DNA from: an uncultured Thermoleophilaceae bacterium
GTDB taxonomy: Bacteria; Actinomycetota; Thermoleophilia; Solirubrobacterales; Thermoleophilaceae
Assembly (NCBI GenBank): GCA_963764665.1
Contig: CAVXTL010000016.1
Location: 438 to 64,437, forward strand
Length of the DNA: 64,000 nt
Reading direction: 5' to 3'
The notes beneath the pieces were generated by a model. It worked only from the letters and a program-made list of their open reading frames with translations. It was not told the origin of the DNA and made no database searches. Below are positions 1 to 8,451 of the stretch, one piece after another (position 1 is the stretch's first letter; each line of letters begins with the position of its first letter). The position numbers were made by a program, and so were the translations under genes.

Positions 1-459
1 CTCCTCTGGAGGTGCCAGGCCATCTTGCCGCAGGTCGTGGTCTTGCCGCTGCCGTTGACGCCGGTGACCAGTATCACCGTGGGCTGCGCGGTCAGCGGGA
101 TCGTGTCGCCCTCCAACCGGGCGGTCTCGGCGAGCAGCTCCCGAAGTCGCCGGGTGGGCCTCGCCGCCGGTGAGCTCCCCGCCCGCGGCCTCGGCCTCCA
201 GCCGCTCCACGATCCGCGCCGTGGTCGGGGCGCCCACGTCCGCGTAGATGAGCGTCTCCTCCAGGTGCTCGAAGGCCTCCTCGTCGAGCGACTGGAACAT
301 CGTGGCCTGCAGCTCGGCGCCCAGCGCCTCGCGGGTCTTCGACATGTTGTCGCGCAGGCGGCGGAAGAACCCGCCACGGCGTTGCCCGTCCTCCTCGGTG
401 GGCTCGGCGGCCTCCGGTTCCTCGCCGGTGGCGAACAGTTCCTGCCAGCTTCGGGCCAT
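1..459 (-). CDS. ftsY: SRP receptor FtsY. The 3' end is cut by the window edge, and there is an apparent frameshift near 150-160.
   Basis: The minus-strand ATG at 459 reads MARSWQELF...ETLIYADVGAPTTARIVERLEAEAAGGELTGGEA, an FtsY N-domain. The GTPase part, RRLRELLAETARLEGDTIPLTAQPTVILVTGVNGSGKTTTCGK, lies in a different minus frame below about 152. The gene sits directly downstream of smc. Confidence 0.6.
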   Translation of the reverse strand, partial: MARSWQELFATGEEPEAAEPTEEDGQRRGGFFRRLRDNMSKTREALGAELQATMFQSLDEEAFEHLEETLIYADVGAPTTARIVERLEAEAAGGELTGGEAHPATSGAARRDRPVGGRHDPADRAAHGDTGHRRQRQRQDHDLRQDGLAPPEE

Positions 460-492
460 GGCGCGCTGAGGATAGGCGCGCCGGCGCGCCGG

Positions 493-3400
493 CTAGGCGG
501 CGGCTTCCTCGACCGGCCGCCCGGCGAGCTTGCGCGACACCACCTGCGAGACCCCGTCGCCGCCCATGCTCACGCCGTAGAGCGTGTCGGCGGCGTCCAT
601 CGTGCGCTTCTGGTGCGTGACCACGATGAACTGGGCGCGGTCGGCGTAGCGGCGCACCAGCTCGAGGAAGCGGTCGATGTTGATGTCGTCCAGCGCGGCC
701 TCGACTTCGTCGAGGATGTAGAACGGGCACGGCCGGGCGAGGAACACCGCGAACATGAACGCGAGCGCCACGAGCGACTTCTCGCCGCCGGACAGGAGCG
801 ACAGCCGCTTCGTGGACTTGCCGGGTGGCGTGACCTCGATCTCCACCCCCATCTCGGGCTCCTCCGCGCCGTCCTGATCCTCCTCGGACGCCTCCTCCTC
901 GTCGCCGGCGGGCACCTCGCCTCCGACCACCGGGCGCGGCACCTGGTCGGCGCGCACGAGGCGCAGCCGGCCGCGACCGCCGGGGAACAGGTGCTCGACC
1001 ACGTCCTCGAAGTTCCGTGCCGCGGCGGTGAACGTCTCCTCGAAGCTCTCCTTGATGCGCCGGTCGGTCTCCTTGATCAGACCCTCGAGCTCGGCCAGGG
1101 CGGCCTCGAGGTCGCGTCGCTGCTCCTCGAGCTCCTCGACGTGCGCCACGGCCTCCTCGTACTCCTGGCCGGCAAGTGGGTTGACCGGGCCCAGCTGCTC
1201 GCGTCGCGCACGCAGGCGCTCCACCCGCGAGGTCAGCGCCGCACGCTCCTCGTCGGGCAGCGGGTCGGCGGCCGGCTCGGGCTCGAGGCCCAGCCGTCCC
1301 GCCAGCTCGCCGAGCTCGCGCTCGACGTCGGCGGAGGCGTCGCGCGACTGCTGCGCGGACACCTCGCTCTCGGTGACCGCCTCGCTGGCTCGCCTGAGCC
1401 TGCCCTGAAGCTCGGCCTCCTCGTGCGCGCAGGCGCGCAGCGCCGCGGCGGTCTCATCGCCGGCCGCGGCCCCCGCCTCCAGCTCCGCGCCAAGCGCGTC
1501 GCGCCTGGCCTCCACAGCCGCCAGCGCGGCTTCGAGCGCCCGCGCTGCGCGCTCGGCGGCCCGGCTGAGATCGGCGTCGGCCTCGATGCCGGTCCTCAGC
1601 GCGACCAGCGTGTTCCTGCGCTCGGTCCGCTCGCGCTCCGCGCGCTCGGCCATCCGGCGCTCGGCGCGGAGGTCGGCGCTCAGACCGGCCCGGCGCACGC
1701 CGTCCGGCCCCTCGTCGGCGCTCTCGCGCCTGCGCTCGAGCAGCCACTGCGCCCGCTCGGCCTCGTCGGTGGCCTCCGTGTGCTCGCGCGCCGCGCGGCG
1801 GAGCGCCGCCTCGGCCTCCTCGCGCGCGGCGTCGGCGCCGGCCACCGCTTCCACGGCGCCCTTGACGGTCGCCTGGGCCTCGGTCTCCTCGGCCGCCGCC
1901 GCCTCGGAGTCCGCCACGAGCTGGTCGCGCCGGCCCACCTCCTCGAGCAGTCGCTCTCCCCCGCCGGCCGGCGCCTGCGAGAGCTCGCCGGTGGCTGCGT
2001 CGAGCAGGCGGCCCGAGCGGGTGACGGCCACCCCTCGGAACGAGGCCGAGACCGAGTTCAGCGAGTCCACCACCCACACGTCGCCCAGGAGCCGCTCGGC
2101 GAGGCGCGCCACCCGCTTCTCGGGGGTCACGTGCGCGAGCAGGCGCTTGGCGCCGGCCACGGGCGACTGTCCCGCCGGGCGTCCGTGGGCTCGCGACGCC
2201 ACGAGCGCAGTGGCCCCGGAGCCGTCCGCGCCGTCGAGCAGCCGCTCGCCCGCGGGGAGGTCCTCGACCAGCGCGGCGGTGAGGCGGGCGCCGAGAGCTG
2301 CCGAGAGCGCGGGCTCGTACCCTGGCTCGGCCTTGAGTCCCTCCACCAGCGCCGGCTCGCCGCCAGGGGCAGCGCCGGCGCCGCGCACCAGGCGGTTGAG
2401 CGCGGCAAGCTCGGCGCCCGCGTCGGCGGCCCGCGAGCGGGCGGCCTGCACAGCCTGCTCGGCCTCGCGACGGCGCGTCCTCGCATCCTCGGCGGCGCTC
2501 TCGGCGGCGTCGAGCGCCGCGCGTCGGTCGGTCACGGCGGTGCCCAGCTCGGTCGCACGCGCCCGAGCGGCGACGAGCGCGGCATCCAGGGTCGCCAGCT
2601 CGCGGCCGCGGCGCTCCTCGGCGTCGGCGTCCAGGCGCTCCAGCTCGAGCTCCAGGGCCCGCATGCGCTCCCCCGCGGAGAGGGCGTCCCAGGCGGCCCG
2701 GGCCGCCTCGTCGCCCTCGTCGGGCAGGCGCGGCAGCTCGGCGTCGGGCAGCTTGTCGGCCTGATCCTGCGGCTCCGGGGATTCGGACTCGAGCAGGGCG
2801 AGCTGGCGCGTGCGCCGCTCGCGCCGGTCCTCGGCGGCGCCCGCCTGGTCGCGCACCCGCTCGAGGCGCATCTGGATCCGCTCGGCGGCGGAGCCCGCGT
2901 CGAAGCGACGGGCCTGGAGCTGCTCGCGCTCGCGGCTCTGGGCGGCGAACGCCTGCTCGGCCGCCTCGCGGCGGCCCGCCACGTCGGCCAACAGCCGCTC
3001 CGCCTCGTCGCGCTCGGCCCGGGCGGCTACTGCGCGCGCCTCGGCCGCAGCAAGGTCGGCGCGCGCGGTGCGCGCGGAGTCGGCGGCGAGCGCCATCCGC
3101 GCCTCGAGCGACTGGCGCTCGATCCGCTCGTGCAGCTCGGCGGCCTCGGCCTGGCGCTTGAGCGGCCTGAGCCGCGAGCGCGCCTCGCGCTCCACGTCGA
3201 GTGCGCGGGAGAGATTCTCCTCGGTGCGCTCCAGCTTCAGCTGCGCGCGGCGGCGGCGCTTGCGGTGCTTGCCGAGCCCCGCCGCCTCCTCGATCATGAG
3301 GCGCCGCTCCTTGGGCCGCGAGAGCACGATCTGCTCCACCTTGCCCTGAGAGACGACCGAGTGCATCTCCTTGCCGAGCCCGGAGTCCGAGAGCACCTCG

Positions 3401-3774
3401 AGCACGTCCACCAGCCGGCAGCGCGCGCCGTTCAGGCGGTACTCGCCCTCACCGTCGCGGCCGAGGCGCCGGACGATCGAGATCTCGGAGAAGTCGGTGG
3501 GCAGCGCACCGTCGGAGTTGTCGATCACGACCTCCACCTCGGCCGCGCCCGAGCCGCCCACGCCGTGGCCGCCGGCGAAGATCACGTCCTTCATCGTCTG
3601 GCCGCGGACGGCCAGCGGGCTCTGCTCGCCGAGCGCCCAGAGCACGCCGTCGGTGATGTTCGACTTGCCCGAGCCGTTCGGCCCGACGATCACGGACACG
3701 CCCGGACCGAACTCGAGCTTGGTGCGCGAGGGGAAGGACTTGAAGCCCTTCATTGCGATCGACCTGAGATGCAT
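493..3774 (-). CDS. smc: Chromosome segregation protein SMC
   Basis: 1093 aa. It has an N-terminal Walker A (VGPNGSGKSNI), a long Ala/Glu/Arg-rich coiled-coil middle, and a C-terminal LSGGEKSL signature with Walker B (FYILDEVEAALD). Confidence 0.95.
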   Translation of the reverse strand: MHLRSIAMKGFKSFPSRTKLEFGPGVSVIVGPNGSGKSNITDGVLWALGEQSPLAVRGQTMKDVIFAGGHGVGGSGAAEVEVVIDNSDGALPTDFSEISIVRRLGRDGEGEYRLNGARCRLVDVLEVLSDSGLGKEMHSVVSQGKVEQIVLSRPKERRLMIEEAAGLGKHRKRRRRAQLKLERTEENLSRALDVEREARSRLRPLKRQAEAAELHERIERQSLEARMALAADSARTARADLAAAEARAVAARAERDEAERLLADVAGRREAAEQAFAAQSREREQLQARRFDAGSAAERIQMRLERVRDQAGAAEDRRERRTRQLALLESESPEPQDQADKLPDAELPRLPDEGDEAARAAWDALSAGERMRALELELERLDADAEERRGRELATLDAALVAARARATELGTAVTDRRAALDAAESAAEDARTRRREAEQAVQAARSRAADAGAELAALNRLVRGAGAAPGGEPALVEGLKAEPGYEPALSAALGARLTAALVEDLPAGERLLDGADGSGATALVASRAHGRPAGQSPVAGAKRLLAHVTPEKRVARLAERLLGDVWVVDSLNSVSASFRGVAVTRSGRLLDAATGELSQAPAGGGERLLEEVGRRDQLVADSEAAAAEETEAQATVKGAVEAVAGADAAREEAEAALRRAAREHTEATDEAERAQWLLERRRESADEGPDGVRRAGLSADLRAERRMAERAERERTERRNTLVALRTGIEADADLSRAAERAARALEAALAAVEARRDALGAELEAGAAAGDETAAALRACAHEEAELQGRLRRASEAVTESEVSAQQSRDASADVERELGELAGRLGLEPEPAADPLPDEERAALTSRVERLRARREQLGPVNPLAGQEYEEAVAHVEELEEQRRDLEAALAELEGLIKETDRRIKESFEETFTAAARNFEDVVEHLFPGGRGRLRLVRADQVPRPVVGGEVPAGDEEEASEEDQDGAEEPEMGVEIEVTPPGKSTKRLSLLSGGEKSLVALAFMFAVFLARPCPFYILDEVEAALDDINIDRFLELVRRYADRAQFIVVTHQKRTMDAADTLYGVSMGGDGVSQVVSRKLAGRPVEEAAA

Positions 3775-4466
3775 CAGGCGGAGGCTCCTTCTTCGAGCGC
3801 GCTGAGAGCCTGCAGCGCCGCTTCCTGCTCAGCGCCCTTCTTCGTCTTTCCCTCGCCGCGGCCGAGCTCGTGCCCTGCCACCTCCGCCACCACCACGAAG
3901 CTCCGATCGTGCGCCGGGCCCTGCTCGGCGACCGTCCGGTAGTCCACGAGCTCGGCGCGCCGCGCCAGCCGCTCCTGGAGCACCGACTTGTAGTCCACCG
4001 GGTGCTCGAGTGACTCGTCGATCTCGTCGGCGAACGAGGCCACCACCGCGGGACCGGTGCGCTCGAACCCGAACTCGAGGTATGCGGCGCCGATGATCGC
4101 CTCGCACACCGAGGCGAGCACGCGCTCGGACTCCACGAGCGTGGCCGCGCCGCGGCCCGCCCCGCCCTCGGGAGCTGCCTCGCGGAGAGCGTCCGGAACC
4201 CCCAGCTCGCGGGCCACGCGGGCGCACGAGGCGCCGCTCACGGCCTGCGCCCGCACCTTGGTCAGCCGGCCGGCCCCGTGGCGCTCGAAGCGCGGGAAGA
4301 GGTGGGTGGACACGGCGAGGCTCAGGACGACGTCCCCGAGGAACGCGAGGCGCTCGTACGACTCCGCCCTGTGGTCGACCCACGAGGCGTGCGTGAAGAC
4401 CTGCTGCCGGAGCGTGTCCGGCAGCCCCTCGAGCAGATCGCGAAGCGTCTCACGCTTCTGCTGCAT
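3774..4466 (-). CDS. rnc: Ribonuclease III
   Basis: 230 aa. It carries the RNase III signature ERLAFLGDVVL and a C-terminal dsRNA-binding region. Its stop overlaps the smc start by 1 nt. Confidence 0.93.
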   Translation of the reverse strand: MQQKRETLRDLLEGLPDTLRQQVFTHASWVDHRAESYERLAFLGDVVLSLAVSTHLFPRFERHGAGRLTKVRAQAVSGASCARVARELGVPDALREAAPEGGAGRGAATLVESERVLASVCEAIIGAAYLEFGFERTGPAVVASFADEIDESLEHPVDYKSVLQERLARRAELVDYRTVAEQGPAHDRSFVVVAEVAGHELGRGEGKTKKGAEQEAALQALSALEEGASA

Positions 4467-4698
4467 GGGCGGCTACGAAGTCGGCGGCCTGGCCGACGGT
4501 GAGGATCTTCGCCGCCTCCTCGTCGGGGATCCGGATCCCGTAGCTGTCCTCCAGCTCGACGACGAGCTCCACCAGATCGAGCGAGTCCGCCTCCAGGTCC
4601 TCCCGGAACCGGGTGCCCTCGGCGATCCGGTCCGGCTCGACCTCGAGCTCGGCCGACAGATGCCGGCGAATGCGCTCCAGTACGTCTTCGCGCTCCAT
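4450..4698 (-). CDS. acpP: Acyl carrier protein
   Basis: 82 aa and acidic. The phosphopantetheine attachment motif is LEADSLDLVEL. It lies between plsX and rnc. Confidence 0.9.
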   Translation of the reverse strand: MEREDVLERIRRHLSAELEVEPDRIAEGTRFREDLEADSLDLVELVVELEDSYGIRIPDEEAAKILTVGQAADFVAAHAAEA

Positions 4699-4705
4699 GC
4701 AGGAT

Positions 4706-5728
4706 CTAGGCGCTGCCGTCGCTCTCAGGCGTCACCTCGGCGACGCTACCAGCGCGCGCGGATCGCAATGCCCCGGCGGCCTCGAGGGCGGCTGCGGTGC
4801 GGCCCACCATGTCCTCGTCCACCGCGCGCCGGGCCAGGCCCACCGCGCTGGCGATACCGCGCGGCCCGAAGCTGCCGTGCGCGACCACCACGGGCTTCCG
4901 CAGGCCGAGCAGGATCGCCCCGCCCACCGTCTCCGGATCGAGCTTCTCGCGCAGCTTTCCCACCCTGCCGCGGATCAGCAGGCCGCCGAGGGCCGAGACG
5001 GGGCTGGACCGGACGGCTTCGGCGATCGAGTCGCGCACGAGCCGCGAGGTGCCCTCCAGCACCTTGAGCGCCACGTTCCCCGTGAAGCCGTCGGTGACCA
5101 CCACGTCCGCACCGGCGCCGGGAAGGTCGAAGCCCTCCACGTTGCCCACGAACTCGAGTCCGCCCGCCCCCTCTATGCGCTCGCGGGCGGTGAGGACGGC
5201 GGGGGTGCCCTTGCCGGACTCCTCGCCCACGGACAGGAGGCCGACCCGCGGTCGCTCGTGTCCGTAGACCGCCTCCATGAAGCACGCGCCCATGTACGCG
5301 AACTGCACGAGATGCTCGGGACGCGCCTCCACGCTCGCCCCGGCGTCGAGCAGGAGCACCGGGCCGCCGGGAATCGGCAGGAGCACCGCGAGCGCCGGCC
5401 GGTGCACGCCGCGCAGGCGCCTGATCTGGAGCGTCGCGGCCGCGAGCGTGGGCCCCGTGCTGCCCGCGGACACGAGCGCGTCGGCTCGGCCGTCGGCCAC
5501 GGCGCGCGCCGCCTGGACTATCGACGCGTCGGGCCTGGAGCGAACGGCCTGGGCCGGCTCCTCGTGGCCCCCGATCGTGAGCGGGGCGTCCACCACCTGG
5601 ACGCCGTCTCCCTCCTGGCCGAGGGCCGCGGCGGGTCCGAACAGCAGCACCTGTGCCCCGGAGCGGCGCGCTCCCTCGGCGACTGCGGCCGGCCCCTGGT
5701 CGGCGCCGTTCGCGTCGACCGCGATCAC
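4706..5728 (-). CDS. plsX: Phosphate acyltransferase PlsX
   Basis: 340 aa. PlsX-type sequence (MIAVDANGADQGP..., GFTGNVALK) in the conserved rpmF-plsX-acpP order. Confidence 0.92.
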   Translation of the reverse strand: MIAVDANGADQGPAAVAEGARRSGAQVLLFGPAAALGQEGDGVQVVDAPLTIGGHEEPAQAVRSRPDASIVQAARAVADGRADALVSAGSTGPTLAAATLQIRRLRGVHRPALAVLLPIPGGPVLLLDAGASVEARPEHLVQFAYMGACFMEAVYGHERPRVGLLSVGEESGKGTPAVLTARERIEGAGGLEFVGNVEGFDLPGAGADVVVTDGFTGNVALKVLEGTSRLVRDSIAEAVRSSPVSALGGLLIRGRVGKLREKLDPETVGGAILLGLRKPVVVAHGSFGPRGIASAVGLARRAVDEDMVGRTAAALEAAGALRSARAGSVAEVTPESDGSA

Positions 5729-5732
5729 GGGG

Positions 5733-5933
5733 TCAGGAGTCGTCGTCTACGGCGTCCGGACGGCGCACGATCACCTCACGCCCGGCGTACGTCCCACAGT
5801 TGGGGCATACGCGGTGCGGGAGGCGCGGCTCGTGGCAGCGCGGGCAATGGCGGAGGTGCGGCTGCTCGATCTTGTGCTGCGAGCGACGCTTGTTGGTCCG
5901 CGAATGCGACTGTCTCTGCTTGGGGACGGCCAT
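5733..5933 (-). CDS. rpmF: 50S ribosomal protein L32
   Basis: The internal ATG at 5933 gives MAVPKQRQSHSRTNKRRSQHK...CPRCH...CPNCG, the typical bL32 N-terminus and zinc motif. Confidence 0.9.
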   Translation of the reverse strand: MAVPKQRQSHSRTNKRRSQHKIEQPHLRHCPRCHEPRLPHRVCPNCGTYAGREVIVRRPDAVDDDS

Positions 5934-5950
5934 AGGGCGAGGCAGTCTAT

Positions 5951-5988
5951 CCATCGGTGCGCAGCCGGCCGAGCCGGCTGCTTCCGCA
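5951..5988 (+). repeat. REP-like hairpin repeat, copy A
   Basis: Sequence ccatcggtgcGCAGCCGGCcgaGCCGGCTGCttccgca. It forms a 9-bp stem (5961-5969 with 5973-5981) and a 3-nt loop. It is intergenic between the yceD stop and the rpmF start. Confidence 0.8.
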
Positions 5989-5999
5989 AGGCGGCGTTG

Positions 6000-6515
6000 C
6001 TAGTCGAGCTTCAACTCGCGGAGGGCGGCCCAGCGCGGATCGGGCTCGCTCTCGTGCGCGTGATCCGCGCCCGCAGTGTTCAGGTTCTCGCCGCAGATCG
6101 TGCAGAGGCCGAGGCAGTCCTCCGAGCACACGATCTGCGTGGGAAGGGCGAGCGCCAGGCCGTCGCGGACCCAGGCCGACACGTCGAGGTCCTCGCCCTC
6201 GACGTACGGAGAGCTCAGCTCCTCGCCGCCGCCCGGCTGGTCCACCTCTCGGAGGTCCACCGCCACGGCCTGCTCCGCGGGGTCGAGGCAGCGCATGCAC
6301 GGCCCCTCCAGCGCGGCTTCGAAGCGCACCCGCAGCGAGTAGCCGGTCGTGGTGTGGTCGACGTCGAGCCGCGCATCGACGAACCCGTCCCGGACCCCGT
6401 AGCGCTGACCGCCGAAATCGAAGCCCGCGACGGGCACCTCGAGGAGCAGCTGCCTGCCCTCGCCCGACCCGAGCATGAGCCGCCCGAGGTCGAGAATCTC
6501 GGTGCGCTGACCCAT
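6000..6515 (-). CDS. yceD: DUF177/YceD-family protein (large-subunit ribosomal protein L32 accumulation factor family)
   Basis: 171 aa and acidic. It has a C-terminal Cys cluster (CSEDCLGLCTICGENL) and sits in the classical position immediately upstream of rpmF. Confidence 0.85.
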   Translation of the reverse strand: MGQRTEILDLGRLMLGSGEGRQLLLEVPVAGFDFGGQRYGVRDGFVDARLDVDHTTTGYSLRVRFEAALEGPCMRCLDPAEQAVAVDLREVDQPGGGEELSSPYVEGEDLDVSAWVRDGLALALPTQIVCSEDCLGLCTICGENLNTAGADHAHESEPDPRWAALRELKLD

Positions 6516-6555
6516 GGCCCGAGCCTAGCGCCAGCCGCCTGTCTCGGCCCTGGAT

Positions 6556-6598
6556 GCGGTCGGGGCGCACCCGGCCGAGCCGGGTGCTTCCGCTACTG
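6556..6598 (+). repeat. REP-like hairpin repeat, copy B (compensated stem variant)
   Basis: Sequence gcggtcggggcGCACCCGGCcgaGCCGGGTGCttccgctactg. Relative to the other copies, the stem G:C pair has changed to C:G on both arms. The CTA in its tail is the TAG stop of the glyoxalase gene. Confidence 0.75.
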
Positions 6599-6976
6599 CT
6601 TGACCTCGATCAGCTCGATCCGGTAGCCGTCGGGATCGCGCACGAAGCAGATCATCGGCCCCTCGGTGCGGCCTCCCGGGCGGTACGGAGGCTTCTCAGG
6701 CTCGATGCCGTCGGTGCTCAGCGCGCCGAGGGTGTCCTCAAGGTCGTCGACCGCGATCGCGATGTGGTTGTAGCCGGTGCCGAGCTCGTAGGAGTCCACG
6801 CCGTGGTTGTAGGTCAACTCGAGGCGGGGATCCTCTCCCGGCAGGCCCATGAACACGTTGATCGCCTCGTCCCCGATGGGCATGCGGGCGGCTTCCTGGA
6901 AGCCGAGCTTCTCGTAGAAGGCGACCGAGCGATCGATGTCGCCGATCCGGTAGCACGTGTGAAGATAAGAGGGCAC
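6593..6976 (-). CDS. Glyoxalase I / VOC-family lactoylglutathione lyase-like protein
   Basis: 127 aa with a GTG start. It shows the VOC pattern HTCYRIGDIDRSVAFY...ELTYNHG...HIAIAVDD...FVRDPDGYRIELIE. Confidence 0.82.
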   Translation of the reverse strand: MPSYLHTCYRIGDIDRSVAFYEKLGFQEAARMPIGDEAINVFMGLPGEDPRLELTYNHGVDSYELGTGYNHIAIAVDDLEDTLGALSTDGIEPEKPPYRPGGRTEGPMICFVRDPDGYRIELIEVKQ

Positions 6977-7079
6977 GGGCGGAGGCTATCGCCCCCGAAA
7001 CTGCAAGAGCCGCGCCCCTCCCGTAGGAGAAGCGCGGCTCGGCAGTACGTCGTTCGCTCTCTTGGTGAGCTGGCCCTAC

Positions 7080-8129
7080 TCAACCTCGTTCCGCGGCCAC
7101 CCTCCGTAGACCGGCTCCGAGGCCCAGGAGTCCGACTGCGACGACCAGTAGCAGCGGAGCGTGGCTGCCGGTGAACGGCAGGCTCTCCGTGGTGGTCGCC
7201 TCTGCGGTCGCGGCAGGACCGGTCGGAACGGCTGAGCCGCCACCGCCCGGAACTTCCTCGCCCGCTTCGGACTCGGGGAGAACTTCGCCCTCTTCGCCTC
7301 CTGGCTGCGCGCCACCGTTAGGCGGAGTCTCGCCGCCGTTGGGGGGCGTCTCGCCGCCAGTGGGAGGCGTCTCACCGCCGGTCGGAGGCGTTTCGCCGCC
7401 GGTCGGAGGTGTTTCGCCGCCGGTCGGAGGCGTCTCGCCACCGGGCGGGGGTGTCTCCCCACCAGGCGGAGGCGTCTCGCCGCCGGGCGGGGGTGTCTCC
7501 CCACCAGGCGGAGGCGTCTCGCCGCCGGGCGGGGGTGTCTCCCCACCAGGCGGAGGCGTCTCGCCACCGGGCGGGGGTGTCTCCCCACCAGGCGGAGGCG
7601 TCTCGCCGCCAGGCGGGGGCTTTTCCCCACCGGGCGGAGGTGTCTCCCCACCGGGCGGTGTCTCCCCGCCCGGAGGTGTCTCGCCACCGGGCGGTGTCTC
7701 CCCGCCTGGTGGTGGCTGGTGCCCGCCACCCGGAGGCTTCTCGCCGCCAGGGGGCTGCTCTTCCTCGCAGGGTTGCTCCTCATCGGGTCCTTCCGACGGG
7801 GGCTTCCCTCCACCCGGGGTGTGTCCCTCGGGCGGTGGAGTCCCTTCCGGGCCGTGCCAGCCAGGGCTTCCGTGGTCGGACCCCGAACTTCCGTGGTCCT
7901 CCCCAGAGTCTCCGTGGTCGGATCCATAACTTCCGTGATCCCCACCGGAGTCGCCGTGATCAGACCATGACTTGCCATGGCCGGATCCGGAGTCGCCCTT
8001 GGACGAGTGGCCGCCGCCGGCGAATGCATCGCCGGCGTTCACCAAGAAGAGCCAGAGCGCGATGGCAAGCACGGAGAGGGCAAAAAGCCCCCGCCGTGTG
8101 CCAGCGGCACTCGGCTCGGAAAGGTGCAT
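7080..8129 (-). CDS. LPXTG-anchored Pro/Thr/Gly-rich repeat surface protein
   Basis: The ATG at 8129 is preceded by AAGGGAGAA. The signal peptide is MHLSEPSAAGTRRGLFALSVLAIALWLFLVNAGDAFA. About 20 GGETPP(P/T/N) units follow. The C-terminus has LPFTG, a hydrophobic helix and an RRVAAERG tail, which is a sortase sorting signal. The start could instead be 8153 or 8162. Confidence 0.8.
   Translation of the reverse strand: MHLSEPSAAGTRRGLFALSVLAIALWLFLVNAGDAFAGGGHSSKGDSGSGHGKSWSDHGDSGGDHGSYGSDHGDSGEDHGSSGSDHGSPGWHGPEGTPPPEGHTPGGGKPPSEGPDEEQPCEEEQPPGGEKPPGGGHQPPPGGETPPGGETPPGGETPPGGETPPPGGEKPPPGGETPPPGGETPPPGGETPPPGGETPPPGGETPPPGGETPPPGGETPPPGGETPPPGGETPPTGGETPPTGGETPPTGGETPPTGGETPPNGGETPPNGGAQPGGEEGEVLPESEAGEEVPGGGGSAVPTGPAATAEATTTESLPFTGSHAPLLLVVAVGLLGLGAGLRRVAAERG
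7317..7706 (-). repeat. Coding tandem repeat of 18/21-bp units with perfect 42-bp higher-order copies
   Basis: The unit ggaggcgtctcgccgccgggc/gggggtgtctccccaccaggc is repeated, with several copies identical at the nucleotide level between about 7424 and 7600. It encodes GGETPPP, GGETPPT, GGETPPN and GGETPP. Confidence 0.9.
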
Positions 8130-8451
8130 AGATTCTCCCTTCGCGGGTTTCATAGGCGGCAAAGACGGAACCGGCCGAACCCACCCGGCTAGCCCCGCGG
8201 AGGGGACGAGTGAAACAGCAACCTCGGATGTTTTCCCGCGGGAACCGGAACGAATGCTCCCAATTTGCGTCGAAAACGCTCTAACTGCGCGGACTTCGAG
8301 GCTGGTCTCAGTGCGTCCCCTGAGGGCCGCAGCATAAGCATCCGGAGGGCGCTCGCGCGCTGCCGGGCCGGCGAGCGGGAGGCTTTGAGGCGCCGAATCG
8401 CGGGGTTACATAACCGGTTACACCGGCAAAGCCGCTGCTAAGGGCCTGAAA

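Noticed and set aside
25-3942. 1305-aa plus-strand ORF, the longest in the track
   Set aside because: It is exactly antisense to smc and rnc. Its translation is low-complexity Arg/Ala/Leu/Gly with no motifs. The opposite strand, by contrast, carries textbook SMC and RNase III signatures. This is a typical shadow ORF of high-GC DNA.
7317-7706. Possible CRISPR-like array, because of the regular short repeats
   Set aside because: The units are contiguous 18-21-bp coding repeats with no unique spacers. They lie inside a single ORF, and no cas genes are nearby.
7076-8131. Alternative frames across the Pro-rich repeat (7076-8029 minus, 7171-7929 plus, 7409-8131 plus)
   Set aside because: Any frame of a GC-rich tandem repeat stays open. 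Only the 7080-8129 frame has a signal peptide, a ribosome-binding site and a complete LPXTG sorting signal.
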